Source: Vicugna vicugna (taxonomy: Eukaryota). From it: a stretch of 64,000 nt of DNA. Numbering within the stretch: position 1 is the first letter of the stretch; every line of letters starts with the position of its first letter. A program made the translations under genes and the position numbers. Positions 1 to 14,148 of this stretch are shown here, piece by piece. The DNA is taken from the NCBI GenBank assembly GCA_013265495.1, contig MU058844.1, positions 4,765,535-4,829,534 of the forward strand, in the 5' to 3' direction. The notes under the pieces were generated by a model. That model had not been told where the DNA came from, made no database searches, and saw only the letters and a list, made by a program, of their open reading frames with translations.

Positions 1-543
1 GGTAATTCTTGGGGTACTGATGAGATGAAAATTCTTTAAATATTTTGTTAGAAAAAATTTGTGACATACTTGTAAAGGGGCAAAAAGGTTATTGGGTGTC
101 CTTTTAATGGCCATTGTTTAGTGGATCCTTCTGGGGTTATCTGATTGTACCTAGATTTTTACCTTTAATTGTCTTTGAGATATTTTACACCTTTATAAAC
201 TGAAGAAACCAACAGTAATACAGATGATTCTTATCCATCGAAATACAGTTGAATTTTGTCTGGTGAAGATGCAACTTTTGAATTATCTTCTATATAGAAC
301 AATATTGCACCATTTAACAAACTCATTTCAGTTTTTTTCATTGCATATGTGTCTGCTCTTTGATTGCTCCTTTGAGTTTTTTTTAATCACTGACTCCTTT
401 GTTAATTAATGTGATTAATTTGATACGTATACATTTTATATATGTAGGTCATGATTTTTCCCTTTACAAATTATGTTTTAACATTTGCAATTACTCAATT
501 TGTAGATCAGTATTGAAAATTGACTTACTACAGTATAATTCTT

Positions 544-1100
544 TTATTTTTTTTTTATTGAAGTGTAATAGTCAGTTTACAATGTTGTATCAATTTCTGG
601 TGTACAGCATATTGCTTCAGTTATACATGAATATACATATGTTTGTTTTCATATACTTTTCACTGTAAGTTACTACAAGATATTGAGTATAGTTCCCTGT
701 GCTATACAGTATAAAATTGTTTATCTATTTTTTTATATATATATATATATTAGTTAATATCTGCAAATCTGAAACTCCCGATTTATCCCTTCCCCCCTTT
801 TTCCCCACTGGTAACCCCACTGGTAACTGTGAGTCTTTCTGTTTTGTAAATAAATTCTTCTTCTTCTTTTTTTTTTTTTTAAGATTCCACATATAAGTGA
901 TAGCATATGGTGTTTTTCTTTTTGTTTCTGGCTTACTTCTCTTAGAATGACAGTCTCCAGGTCCATCCATGTTGCTACAAATGGCATTATTTTACTCTTT
1001 TTAATCACTGAGTAGTATTCCATTGTATAAATATACCACAACTTCTTTATCCAGTCATCTGTTGATGGACATTTAGGTTGTTTCCATTTCTTAGCTATTT
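544..1100 (-). mobile_element. Young 5'-truncated L1, 3' end (ORF2 C-terminus plus 3'UTR plus polyA)
   Basis: Minus ORF 754..1041 MWYIYTMEYYSVIKKSKIMPFVATWMDLETVILREVSQ is the L1 ORF2 C-terminus. Poly-T at 544-558. Flanking TSD CTACAGTATAATTCTT (528-543) / CTACAATATAATTCTT (1101-1116). Confidence 0.95.
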
Positions 1101-1184
1101 CTACAATATAATTCTTGTTATTGATGTTATTACTGGTTTATTTTACTGATAACTATCAGGAAAACATTTAAATTAAATTGAAAA

Positions 1185-1437
1185 TAATGGCAATATTAGT
1201 AGCAATTATTATTCATTGTACACTTGTTCCAGAAACATTTTCATTCATTATCTGGTTTAATTATCACAAAATACAATGGAGAGTTTACTGTTACTAAAAT
1301 ACCTATTTTATACACAAAGAAAATAAGACTGAGAGTTCTTTAAATTGCATAATGCCATGTAACAAATAAATGAAAGTTAGAACTCCAACCCAACTTTTGT
1401 TAAATAAAAATGTTATGCTTTAACAACTAGGCCACAT
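1185..1437 (-). mobile_element. MIR SINE, degraded
   Basis: Follows the antisense MIR layout, ending tatgctttaacaactaggc. Confidence 0.6.
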
Positions 1438-1624
1438 CTTCTTTGTGACTTTACTGAAAACGTAATCCACAAGGCCCACTCTCATAGCAGTGCCACTACT
1501 AATGAAACATCATCTAAAAATGAAAACTGAATAGCTTATTATAGCTCAGTGTAACTTTTGATTGATTTACTCAATATACAGATAAAACCACCACAATAAA
1601 CCAATGTATCTCTTGACTCCAGTG

Positions 1625-1990
1625 TTAATCAGAATTATTTCAACTGCAGGAGCCAGAAAAATAATTCAAACTAGCTTACATTAACAACAAAAAAGAGGTG
1701 AAATAAATTATTGATCATTACACTGAAAAGTCAATGGGGTCAACTGGTCCACATATGGTATGGCTGATTGAACAAGCCAAAATAATGTTTTAAGGATTTT
1801 CTCTTCATCTCTTGCCTCGGTTTCTCTGCTTGGCCTCATCCTCCCCAATTTATGAGGGTTAGTTAGTGCCATATCCCCAGGGAAGAGAGTTGCATGCAGC
1901 TTGAACTCACTTATCAGTCCAGAAAAGGAAGAGGCATCTTTGCAATAGCTCCAGCAGAACTGTCCAAAGGAGGCTTCTGGCAATACGTTC
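1625..1990 (-). mobile_element. MLT1J/K-like MaLR LTR
   Basis: aattcaaactagctta...actgaaaagtcaatgggg...ctgcttggcctcatcctc resembles old MLT1 in antisense. Confidence 0.6.
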
Positions 1991-2739
1991 TACTACTTTT
2001 GTTGCATCTTCCGTTCATCCGAATTATTTGCGTAACTTCCTTCCCTAAGCATTAGCCCACATGTGGGGATATAGTAGTCCCTTTTTTTCTTTTCCCTCCA
2101 TTCTCTCCTATTTTCTTTTAATTCTACCTGAAAACATTTCAAATAACCAATGTAATGGTGGTAGAAATTTCAATGAAGAATACGACAGAGGTAAAACATG
2201 AAGGCAAAACCAGTCAAAAATTAACGTAAGGGTGCCCATCCTTTCTTTTCTACGTAGGTAGATAGAGAGTCTGTGTTTCCGTTAACATTTACAATTGGGA
2301 GAGGAAAATTCAAGGGAGCTGTGGTGCCAGCTGAAAAGAATGTGAGGAGAACATTTAGGAGGTGGTTCGGACTTGAGAAGTAGCATTAAGAACTGTGTTG
2401 ATAAATCAAGGTTTTGCTTTTTTATTTCATTTTAATCTGTTCAGATCAATTCATTTTATTCTTAAATAATGTTTTTAATGACTCTGCCTTTACCTTTGCT
2501 TCCAATATCAAAAGAATATCCAAAGCCCTTTGATTAAGGTTGAGTTAATTAACTCTAGATCAGTAATGTTATTTTAAGTTAATTATCGCCTCCCTATACG
2601 TAAGTTTAGGACCTTAAGTTTTAAAAAGTATTTTAGCATTTGTAGTTTCCTGACATAAATTGTCTGAATTTAGTGATGTCAGCCTTATATGATTCTAATT
2701 CTTCTGAGCTTAAAATATAAGTCTAAGCTATTTTTCCTC

Positions 2740-2885
2740 ATAGGGAACCCTTAAAAACTTTGAATCAAGTAAGTGGTATGATCAATAAGATATTTTAGGC
2801 AGAATAATCTTGTGTTCAGGAGAATAATGGACTAAGAAGGGAAAACTATGTGATAGAAAAACTCATTAGGAAACCATGCCAATAG
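2740..2885 (-). mobile_element. L2 fragment
   Basis: gggaacccttaaaaactttgaatcaagtaagtggtatgatc...ttttaggcagaataatc resembles antisense L2. Confidence 0.5.
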
Positions 2886-3920
2886 CAGAAAAAAGGATCA
2901 TGTTATTACACTCTTACTTTTGCAAAGAGACTGGAAAAGAGACATGAAACACAGCTGCCTGTTTCACTTTTGTAGAATCTGAAATATAAATATTGAGTAA
3001 CATTCTCTAACAGAGTTGGAATTGGGTGCCTTTATGTGTAAAATTCCCATGATTCTCTATTACTTGGGGACAAGATTATGTCTTACTTTTTGATGGCAAA
3101 TCTGTGGCCAGGAGTCAAATATACACACACAGCATTCATGCAAATGGAACCAGCATGAATTAACAGCAGGAGAACTTTATGAACAAGATTCTTAGTATAT
3201 TTTTGCTTAAAAGCACTAATAAATCAGTTCTGTAGAAAACCTCTGTCCTGATACAATACCTCCCCTCAAGGTAATGATGATGCTTTCCTCATTTATTACT
3301 TGTCTAAGCTTTAACCTTTGTAACTTCCCCTGAGTCAAGTTACAATTCAGGTTTTAGTGTGATGATTTATATATCGTATTATTAAATATTCAGTATAAAA
3401 CATAGTTTTTACTTCGTATCCCCTACAGTCATTTTAGCTAGAGGTTTTTTATTTTTTTTCAGCCAGTCTTTCTGTAAATCTTAACTTAAATCTGTTAATA
3501 ACAAAGGAATAGAAGAGCAATTTTTCTCTCTTTTGGTTCCTTAGGGTACTTCAATTTTTTCTCTGTACGTAGAAAAAGGATAGGAAAAAAAAAAAGCTTA
3601 CTTCACTCTTTTTGTAGAGATGGAAGGCCAGTTCCCAAATTCAGGCTGAAATCCATGGACAGTTTCTCACCATGAACCTGTAACTGATCTCTGGCCTGTG
3701 AAATCAGGAGTGGAGCTGAGTAAATGTCTTTGAAGGAGTTTATTAAATTAGCTATGACCATAAGTGAAATATAGATGCTGTATTTTGGTGTGCCAAGCAA
3801 AAACTGACTATCTCAGGTGACCTAACTTAAATTAGTAATCTTTCAACTTATTTTGTATTCATAATCAGCTGGATGATTTTACTTATTTGATCTAGGAATC
3901 CTGTAATTTTGACATGATGC

Positions 3921-4155
3921 TAATATTAATAGCTGCCATGTATTTATAACTTACTATTTTCCAGTTTCTGTGTTTATCAGCTTATGTACGTTATCTTACT
4001 AATGTGTATAATTTCCTATAGTTTAGTATCATTTGTCATATTGATGTTTAAAATGACTAAGGCTCAATGACGTGAACTTATTCAAGGTCATATAATTTGA
4101 AAGAAACAGAGTTGTTTTATCTGATGTCAAAGGCCATGTTATTAACCACCATACT
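3921..4155 (-). mobile_element. MIR SINE
   Basis: taatagctgccatgtattt...actaaggctca...caaggtcata...gttattaaccaccatac. Confidence 0.7.
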
Positions 4156-6510
4156 AAAATTACTTAATAACTCCTTTATTTTTTTTGATTCCTGACTGTG
4201 AGTATCCTAATTTATACTTTAAATGAGGTTTATATACGTTGATTTTTTTTTTTTAGTATGTTTCTTATATATTATCCAATGGCCTATTGATGCTTCTTAT
4301 GGTCCATAAATGACTGATTCATGCATGTCAAGATGTCAATTTTAATAGAAGAAATGAATAGGTCAATACAACTGTCTTATTCTGCTTTAAAAATTTCAAC
4401 TTCAAGAAAATAATATTATTTTAATGGGAATTTATTAACAAGAATGATAAATTATTGGTGGGTAAAACAAATATCACTTCCATAAAGACATTATCATAAG
4501 TGGTACTTGACCAGTGACCTGTCAAGTGAATTTAAAAATGCTATCCTTTCACAGGAAAGAAGAGAGAAACTTCTACATGACTCAAAAAACTTCCAGTTTG
4601 AAATATTAATAATAGGCATCAGACTTAGTAAAGATTGATAACTGGTATTATTTTTATGGGTCTGAGAAATAGCATTATCCATGCCTAACTGTATGGTGGA
4701 CTGGAATTATAAAACTCACCCATAAAAGTAAAGATTCTTAGTTATCTTCCTAAGGATCACTTCCCTCTGATGAAAGGTGAACTATGCATGTGACAGATGG
4801 AGTTGGCACTTCTCAAATACCTGTTTATTTACTTTACTGCAGACTTCTGTAGTTTTAAAAATTGTTTCAGACTAAGAGTTCCATGAGCTTTGAGGGGTAC
4901 ATTTTTTCCTGAAATTTATTATGGATAATTTCACTATTAAATTAATATCTACACTGGTAGATACTGAGGAAAGATAGAATCTATTTCCTCTGTGAAATTA
5001 CTTGAAAATATGGCTATGTGTGTACATGTGTGAATGTGTATGTATTTATACATCCATAGTAATAGTGTCATCTTATATTAAATTACCCAGTCTTGAGATA
5101 TTGGTTTAGTGTATAAGATTGTGGAAAAAAATCAAATAATCATTGGAGATAAATTATCTCCAAAGTAATCCTGAATTAACATTTATTTGGTCCCTACTTG
5201 AACTTAATATAGAGAAAATTAAGGACATATGATGATTAGCCTGGAGCACATAAACCTAGTAAGCATGAAAACTGAATAGAAGTGTAAAAGACATACACAT
5301 TACTGTAAATACATCTAAGGAAAAAAATGAGACAAGCTAAAATGATAGTAAAATAAAATGCCATTACCACTCCAGTGTTCATTTTTATGGCTGTGGCTCT
5401 GGAATTGTGCTGTAATTTCCTCAATGGTCCTGGCTGGCAGAATATTTGGCAGTTTTACAGCATGACTGTTCAGTTTCTTTCACTGATAAACCTGTTTAAA
5501 GAAGATTCAAAGGCAGTCTGCCCACCCCTCCCCCCTTACTTTTTCAGAGTTGTCAAGGACTTTGGAGATTTTTTCTTATTCCTTCCTATGGCTCACTGAG
5601 AAATTCTTTTTTCATCTTGCCCTTTTAGATGGCCATTCACAATTTCATTAAGAAATATTATATGAAGTATCTACTCTGTGCCAGGTATTAAGTAAACACC
5701 TCCTTAGACTGAAGTATACCCTGTTTTGTGGTTTTGTTGTTCCAAAACCTGTTCCTTAATTTGAGAGAAGATATACTTTGAAATTTCTACCACTGGTTCT
5801 GCTGATTAACTTTCTGAAACAATACAAAATACTGCTATTTACGCAAACCTACAAATAAGAAGATGGTTAACTTTTTCTCTTTACTCTGCTGCTACACAAA
5901 TTTAAATGTCTATTTTCCTCATAACAGATACTTTTAAGATTATTTCAGTGACCACCTTGCCAGTATTGATGTCCTTTTTTGAAAACAATCCCAGTATTTG
6001 ATAATATTGCAAATATGCTCTGTACAGACTGTAATTCAGAGGAAATGTTTCTTTTTGGTGATGGGTTTAAAATTCTCATCAGTTTGAATAATTTGCTATT
6101 TGCTGTATTTCTCTAAGGGGGACCTAATCTTAAGCTTTTGTAATGGGATACTAAGAATTTTGGGAATCACTTTCCATTCACATATGCCTCACTACTTACT
6201 TCATTTCTGTCATGTTTTGTCATGGTACCTGATATTAATAGGAATTTATATACTGGAATTTGATAGTAAGACATTCATTAATCATTATATACACATATTT
6301 TGAAACAGTTTTTGAAAGATAAATCCATATTGGGAGGAACAAAATCAATCCAAAGATACTGTGTTGGCCAAACATAAAGGGTATGAAGAGGTTCTGGGCT
6401 GGATCAAAACTTGTAAGAGGAGATGATAAAAAAGTCCCAAAAGTCTACCTTTAGGCAAAAGTGGCTAATTACAGTAGTTTGTTGAGTGAACATGAGGCTT
6501 AAAGATTAGC

Positions 6511-6970
6511 TGCGATGGGTTGTCTACAAAGATGGCTGCCAACAATTACTTTTATTCCTGTATATGCATAATATTCCTCCCATCTTGTGGGGGAGTCCAT
6601 TTCCTCTCTTCTTGAGTGTAGGCTGACCTTGACTTCACTTGACAAAAAGAATGTGTTAGAAGTGACATAGTATAACTTATGGCCCTCATGTTAAGAGATC
6701 TTCTATTTCCATTTTTATTTTCTGTAAACCAGCCTTTGTGTATAGAAGTCCAGAATTTCCTGTAAGGGGGAGTTACATAAAGAGGGAAAACCTCTGGGGA
6801 ATTAGAGATCACAAGGGAGAGAGGCTCTTGGAGAAGAACAAAGCTGCAGCAGTCAGAAAACAGCACCAACCCCCCACACCTCACCCCAACTTGATGAGTA
6901 TGTGAAGCCATATTGAATAATCCAGCAATAGTAGAGCCAAGCTAGCAATACATGGAGCAGAGATGAGCCA
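6511..6970 (+). mobile_element. MLT1F/G/H-like MaLR LTR
   Basis: Starts with TG; caaagatggctgccaaca, gagtccatttcctctcttcttgag and aagaatgtgttagaagtgac match MLT1F-H motifs. Confidence 0.75.
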
Positions 6971-7034
6971 CAAAGTCTTTTGCGTGTTCTATGTGCGGCG
7001 AGTGGGAAGAGGAGCAGAAAACTTTCATTTTTAG

Positions 7035-7678
7035 TTGGCCATTTTGGACCATGAGTTGTAAGACATGTTCTAGCAACAAGCTAGAATAAGTTTGTCTTCC
7101 CAAAGTCAGAGCTTTATTTTAGCCCTGTGCCTCAATTAAAGAAAAAAGAATCTCTTATTTGCTTTAGCCCCTGTCAGTTTGGAGTTTCTAAATCATACTA
7201 CTGGCAAAGACTCTCTCCTAAGAAAACTAGTTAGACTCCTCTGAGCCCTCTTTTCAATCTTGGACTGCTGTGTCTGTTCTGTCCTTGCTGTGCTTGCACT
7301 ACCCAGTTTTAGTAAGAGTTCTGCCAAGTCAGTTGAGTGAGAATCTTCCTACCCTTGATAACTGAAGACCGTTGGTATCTGATCAAGTTCCTCATCCTCC
7401 ACCTTTGATGTTTAAGTCCTTGACCTGCCTTTAGCAACAATACCCCTACTATTGATGTCTCTGTTTAATAAGTTTCAATATACTGACTCCCTCATTCCAT
7501 TCCTTGATTATAAATCCATAGCTCTCTTTGCTGTATTTAGAATTGAGCCATATTTTTCCCTGTTATGATAGTCTTGACATCAATTGCAATAGCCCTGAAT
7601 CAAGTCTTTGTTACCATTTTAATAAATGTCAGAATAATTTTTTCTTTAACTCTAACAAACCTAATATTTTCTGATTCA
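7035..7678 (+). mobile_element. 3' part of an old MLT1 LTR, split by the 7202-7651 LTR
   Basis: gccattttggaccatgag ... tttagcccctgtcagtttggagtttct [insert] caaacctaatattttctgattca, the MLT1 terminus. Confidence 0.55.
7202..7651 (+). mobile_element. ERV1-class solo LTR, MER31-like
   Basis: Begins tggcaaagactctctcct...gactcctctgagccctcttttcaa; ends aataaatgtcagaataattttttctttaac. Confidence 0.7.
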
Positions 7679-10429
7679 GGGGCCTTACTCAGAAAATAAC
7701 TTTGAGGACCCAGTGATGATCAGGCATCTAGACTAAGTTTAGAAGAGCTTTTTTCTTTTATATCAACTGTTTCATTATCTGCATTAATGATACCCCTAAA
7801 CCTATGGAACCTCATCAGTAGGAAATAGCTTTTCCTCTTACTGAGAAGTTAGGGAGAATGATGCAAGATACAGAAGTGTCTTGACATCTGTTTTCCAATA
7901 AGTGGGTTTCTCTTTTTAAGAACTAATTGTTCAAGAAAGTATATTTTGCTTGGCTTAGTACATACTGTGGAAGTGATGAGAAAGTGGAAAACATGCAGAG
8001 AAAAATAATTTATTTCTCTCTGTATCTTAGCTCCAGAAATACCTCCTCTAAAACAATCATCATCAACCGAAAGCCAATTTGTTTGCCTTTGGCTCAAAGC
8101 TGTTTATAGAATTTCCTACACCTTTTGGGATTTCTTTTGTGTTGTCTCTCTTTTCCCTTTGGTCTTCCCAGCTTTTGATATATACAGTCTTATATTCGAT
8201 CTGAGAAAAATCAAAAGCCTGGATCCTGGCCAAAATTAGCCCTGCAGGGTAGAAATTTAGGAGAATTACATGGAAATAATACTACTGGGTCAATGAAATG
8301 AAAATACAAAGTCAGTTTTAAACAAGAAGTTTCCGTGTCAGTAAATATCAGTATCATTGAGATGTCAGAGATTCTGCTGGGAAATAGTTATACTTCTTAG
8401 CAGAAATTGTAGTTTTATTACCAGAAACATTCTATCAAGTTTTAAAGAAAGAATAATATTATACACAACATGTAAATATGAATATATATTAGAATAGGTT
8501 AAGGGAATGATTTAGATAATCTTTTGGGCACACTAACGGATCTAATGGTAGGTACACTAATTATAGTGAGAATTAAAAGAATTCTGGAAAAAAAAAGAAG
8601 TTCATTTGGAGATATACACTGGGATCAAACTCCATGGAGGTGGTAATTGTTAGAAAAATAAAACAACTATTTTCTCATTAACAGTAAGAAAAATTAAATC
8701 TGATGAATAACTATAGGCAAAGTTAATTATGAATGAACTTTGGTTATTCAACAATAACTGTTTAACTGTTAGGAAATCTTTGGAGAAGGGGATGCAGAAT
8801 ATTTGGAAGATAGGAAAAATATCTATTTCTGAATGTCTTACAGTATTAGAAAACTGGATGAAAAGTGCATGAGGCACAGCTATGGGAGACTGCATAGCAA
8901 TCTTGTAGTGAAGAATTAAGTTATGGCTGATGTTGCCTTGATTTATTTTGCATTGCTTTGCAATGTAATTTTAAAACTATGGCTTCCAATCATGTAAAAG
9001 AACGGGAGAATTAAAGCAGTTATCCAGGTAAAACTGTGTTTTGCTAATGTATTGCTAGCTTGAATGATTTGGGCAGTTCAAACCTCATTCTCTTTGCTTA
9101 GGTAGATAATTATTTTCCCATTATTGAGGTTAGGAATGAGAAAGACTCTCTTTTTTTTTTTTTTTCTTTTTAGCTTTAAGGATGCCTGATGTATGGAGAG
9201 TAGGTCTTTGTAAAATAACTATTTTTTACAACTGATTTCTAGGCAAAATGCCGTAATTCCCTGCTCCAGTGATTGTGACATGGGAACTGCCTGTTCCATG
9301 TTATCCTGGAGACTTTGTTCACTTCAGGGACCTTGTTGATTTCCCAGTCCCTGAGCATATGCTTTCACAAGAATACACTCTCTATGTTTAATTCCATTTA
9401 CCTTTGTTTAACTCACCACACATGTAACTCTTTCCCAAGTGGAAATGCTAAAGTGAACATCCTATGGATATATTTGATGGAAAAAAATCCTTTAGGATGT
9501 GTACTTTTATCTTAAACAAACAAACAAAACATATTAAATAGCAAAATCCCAAAGAAACAAGCAAATAGAGAATGGTAGTTTTGTGGGATGTGCTGTCATC
9601 ACTAGTCAGTTCCTTTAGGAATTATAAGCTAGCAGCAAAAGTGCATTCTCTGGATACATTATAAATCATTACTTATTCCCTTTAAACAGAATCAAAGTAA
9701 GGAGAATATACCCAATGCATATCTAGTTATGATTGTTCATCATCTTCCATCTTGACCCAAATATTCACGTTAACCCTCTTACCCTAACAGAGAGGAGTCA
9801 GGAGACAGACTTTATTTCATCTGGTTCTCCTCAGACCTCATTTATTTCAATTTCATTAAGGACAGGGCAACATCTGTGTTCTCTTCCCTTTTACCTTAGT
9901 TGCATAATTTGCCTTCAAAAATTATATGGAGATTTGGTTGGAGAATTTCTCAGCCTCTGTCAACCTGCTCAAGGATAAAAGACTATCTCACGTATATCCA
10001 AACTATATAGATTTCTTGAAATTAGACAAAATATTTCCCTACATACTCTATTCTGATTAATAATTATTTTTAAAACACCTTAGGTTGCATTAATTACATT
10101 TTCCATAAAATATAAAGGTTGTCATTCATAAGAATATCTCAAGATACTTCCCTGACAACTTTAAAAATTTTTATTTCGAAGTTACTTTAAAGTAATTTCA
10201 GAATGTTAAGGAATTTAAGAATTCCTACCGAAGGTCAACATTGTCTTCAAGTTATAAGCCTGTGTTTGCAGAGTCCAGCAGGCAGTGAGATGTCATGCTT
10301 TAGGCCTTTGAAAGTCATGTGCTTAGCCAGAATCACCTTCCTTCACCTTGTACTCCTGGAAACTACTAAATAAACTTTAAAATTATTTCATATTCCAGCC
10401 TGTTCGATTGCAAAAATAATATTGACTGT

Positions 10430-11500
10430 AAGAAAACTTACACAAACTTCATCATCAGATTTACCAACTTATTGTATCTGTATCTCCACTTCCTTCTTTC
10501 CTATCATGTGATTAAAGTGCTCCTACATTCATTCCTTCCACCTTTGCTCTGAATCCCATTCCTTGCCATTTATTATTCCAGGATACTACTTCTGCTGTGT
10601 CCCCAATACTTACAGCTTCCACTCTGTTTCTGTGCTTCTCTTTATAGCAAAACTCTTCAGGAGGGTTGCCATTATAAGCTGACTCTACATTTCCTGTTTG
10701 TATTTCTTCTTTAATCCATTCCATTCAGACTTTTGTCAGTTCAGTTCATGGAAACAGATATTTTCACTATCATTTATAAACTCTACCAAGTCAAGTGGCC
10801 ATGACATCTCAAAATAGTCAAAGCTATTTATGATATTTGACCTAGTTGATCTGTATTTGTTTTGGAACACTTTCCTCAGATGTCTTGCAGGACACTACTC
10901 CTTCACTTTTTTTCTTACATAATTGACCACTTCTCAGTCTCTGTTGCTAGTTCCTCTTGTCTCTCCATTCCCTAAATATTGATGTGGCTTAGGACTCTAC
11001 TCTCAGGTCACTTATTGGTGTATTTATACAAACTTTATTAAGTGGTCACATCTTGCTTCATGTCTTTAAATACTGTGTACACGTTGACAGATGTCAACTT
11101 TTTATTTCCAGCACTTACCTTTTTGGTTGAACTCCAGATTCATATATCTAATTTGATGTATTTCCATTTATATGCTTAGTTGATTTATTAAACTTAAGTT
11201 TTCCAAAATCAAACTCATAAGTTCTACATTCCAAACTTGCTCCTTCCATGATGCTTTACCTTGGTAGATGACAATGCAAATCTACCAGTTAATCAAGCCA
11301 AAACAGTGTAGTCAGCCTTGACTCATCTCATTCTGTAATAATCCACAGCCAATCCATCAATTTTCCATTTTGCAATACTTCAAAATAATACTTAAAATCC
11401 AAGCATTTCTCATCTCTACTACTGTCATCCTATTCCAAGACATTGCTGTTTCTCACCTGAATTCCTGCCATATCCTCCTAACTCATACCTTTTCTTTTAT
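10430..11500 (+). mobile_element. L2 LINE, ORF2/3' region
   Basis: Pyrimidine-rich L2 motifs: ccacctttgctctgaatcccatt, tgaactccagattcatatatcta, cttgactcatctc, ctcatctctactact. Confidence 0.85.
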
Positions 11501-11639
11501 TTGTGACATTATAAGAATTAGATAGAAAAATAATGAAGAAAATAATGTATATATTAAGTATGGATTTATTAGATTTAAATAGATCTAAAGTCTTTTTTTT
11601 TTTGAAAAAGTAAAATTTGGCTTATTTTTTGCTTACACT

Positions 11640-13280
11640 ATGCAGAAAAAGAACTCTAGAAATCCGCATAAGGATCTCCTAGAGTCTTTTGAGTGCTAAA
11701 CTGCACATGTGAATGGTTAAGTATACACAGGTTCATGCAAATAATAACAAATGAAGATGATCCATCATAAGGGATGGTCAGACTAAATAGTTACCAGAAC
11801 TAGAACAAGGTTAAGAGAGCCTTGAATCTGGTCAATCAGAATAGAGAGATCATGTTAAGAATTCAGAAAATTCCAAAGAGCACTCAGGTCATGACAAAGA
11901 AGGACTAAATTAGACAGATGTAAAGGAGAGCTGTAGACATGCATGTTGGGTGAATGTAGTAGGCTTTATTGTCTTCTTATTTTTTAAGATTACTTTGAAA
12001 GATCATCATATAGAGCAACGTAATAGCAATCTGAATGGGGTTTGTGATATAAGAAGCAAAATTTATGACAATGTTACCAAAAAGGATAATGTTGGAGACT
12101 GATAAGTTAAAAAGATGCATATTTGTCAATAGATCACCTCATACAAGGTAATTAAAAGAAAGCTAAAGAGGTTTCTCTTGGCTTTATACCAAAAATACTC
12201 AATTAATCCAAATCATGTGAAGAAAAGAAAACAAATAACTTATGAGATAAATGTAAGACTGATTGCAAGGTAGATTTAAGTTAGCTATTTCAATAATCAC
12301 ATTAAATATAAATTAGTTAAACACCCTAATTATAAGGCACTGATTCTTAAATATATAAAACAAAACGGTGCCCAACTGTCTACTCTCAATAAGAAATGAA
12401 TTTTAATCCTCAAGACACAGATGATCTGGAAGTAGAGAAATAGAAAAAGTTATACTTATGTTCAAACTACAATAATAAAAAAGCTGAAGTACCTATGTTA
12501 ATGTCAAGCAGAGTTGACTTTAGTACAAGAAACATTACCAAAGATAAAGGTGACATTTCCCAATGCTAAGAGTAAATTAATTAAGAACCATAATAAGCCT
12601 AAATGTGTATGTACAAAAAATAAAATCTTTAAAACACGAGGGAAACACTGACAAACCTGAAATGAGATATAGATATATCCACAATTGAAATTGGTAATTT
12701 CAGTACTCCTCTATCAGTAATAGAATAAGCAGACAGAAAGTCAGGAAGTAGGTAGAATACTTGAATGACACTATCAACCAATTTAACCTAATTAGCATTT
12801 ATAGAACACTGCATCCAGCAATGGCAGAATATACATTACTTTCAATTGCACATGGAACATTAATCAAGATAGAACATATGCTTCACCATAAAAATCTCAA
12901 TAAATTTAAAAGAATTGAAATCACTCAAAGTATATTCTCTGAAACTAAAAATTAAATCGGAAATTAATAAAAATTGTAACTAGAAAGCCTTAAATATTTG
13001 GAAAGTTCACACAGTAGTTCTAAACAACTCATGGGTCTAAGAGGAAATTATAAGGAAACTAAGAAAATACTTGAAAATAAATAAAAATAAAAACAAAACC
13101 TATTAAAATCTGTGGGTTGCAGCAAAAGCCATATTTTGAGGAAAATCTGTGCTTTACATACTTATGTTGGAAGAAAAGTTTAAGATCAGTGATCTAGGTT
13201 TCTGAGATTACAACTTAAGGAGGTCAAAAAAAAATAGCAAATTTAAACCCAAAAGTTTAAGATGAAGATGGAGAAACTCA
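11640..13280 (+). mobile_element. Old L1M (L1MC/MD-like): 5'UTR piece plus inter-ORF and ORF2 endonuclease region
   Basis: ORF 12761..12955 NDTINQFNLISIYRTLHPAMAEYTLLSIAHGTLIKIEHML is the L1 APE domain; taaaatctgtgggttgcagcaaaagc encodes NLWDAAKA-like residues. Confidence 0.9.
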
Positions 13281-13529
13281 ATGCAATAAGCAGTAATCAA
13301 CTTGAATGACAACATCCAAGCTTCCTCAAATTGATAGTCACAGATTTCCAGCATATTAATTATGTGCATGTGAAATATATGCATCACTAAGCTTTTGGTG
13401 ATTTTGTTTATATGTCATTTGGCTTAAAAGGTTATGGCATTGACAAATGCTAAAATGTTACAGGAAAAGCAATGTTATTTTTATGATTCCGAAATTGCAT
13501 TTTATATTTGGATTAGAAAAGTAAGTGGC

Positions 13530-14148
13530 TTGTTTGTTGTCAGGTGGTGAATGGTGTTCCTCCACAAACAAGAGATGTTGAAGGGAGAGGAGAGAATGTG
13601 AGAGCAAAAACATCACAGGCCTAGAAGGAATCTTTGTGGGACTTAGCAGTGTTGGCCTGGAGAGGATAACTTTTCCACAGCCCACTGGATACTGAAATCA
13701 GGCCCCCTGCACAGTGTGAATTCTAAGGGTCACCTGTCCAAGTCCCCAGCACCTGGACTCCTCTGAAATTACCACATAGCCTGCTTGCAGCTGCTCCCCT
13801 TGTGTCCTGCACAGTCTAAAGGCCTCCTTGCCCTACTGGTACCCAGATTTCCACTCTATGCCCTTGCTGTTAGTTGCTGATTCTCTGCATTCCAGAGGGT
13901 GGTCTATCATTTGTCCAGGGACTCCAGAGCAGCTCTGGCCTGGCCAAACCAGTGAACCTCTCTGCTATTTGGTGGCTGAACCACACCTTCTCCAAGAGGC
14001 CTGATTTGTTCTTCCTTGGGTGCTCTCCCCCATGACTCCAGGAGATTTCTTATACCTCACAGTTGCTCTTTTATTATAGATAATCATTCATTATACTAAA
14101 TGCGCCTTGTTGTGGAGTTTCTAGTCCCCAGTCGGACCCAGACTGCTA
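13530..14148 (+). mobile_element. Probable ERVL-class LTR, family unassigned
   Basis: GC-richer block ending ggacccagactgcta, similar to the ERVL LTR terminus gaaccctgactgataca. Confidence 0.4.

Noticed and set aside
150..520. Very old antisense L1 ORF2 fragment
   Set aside because: The resemblance is too faint to call without an alignment.
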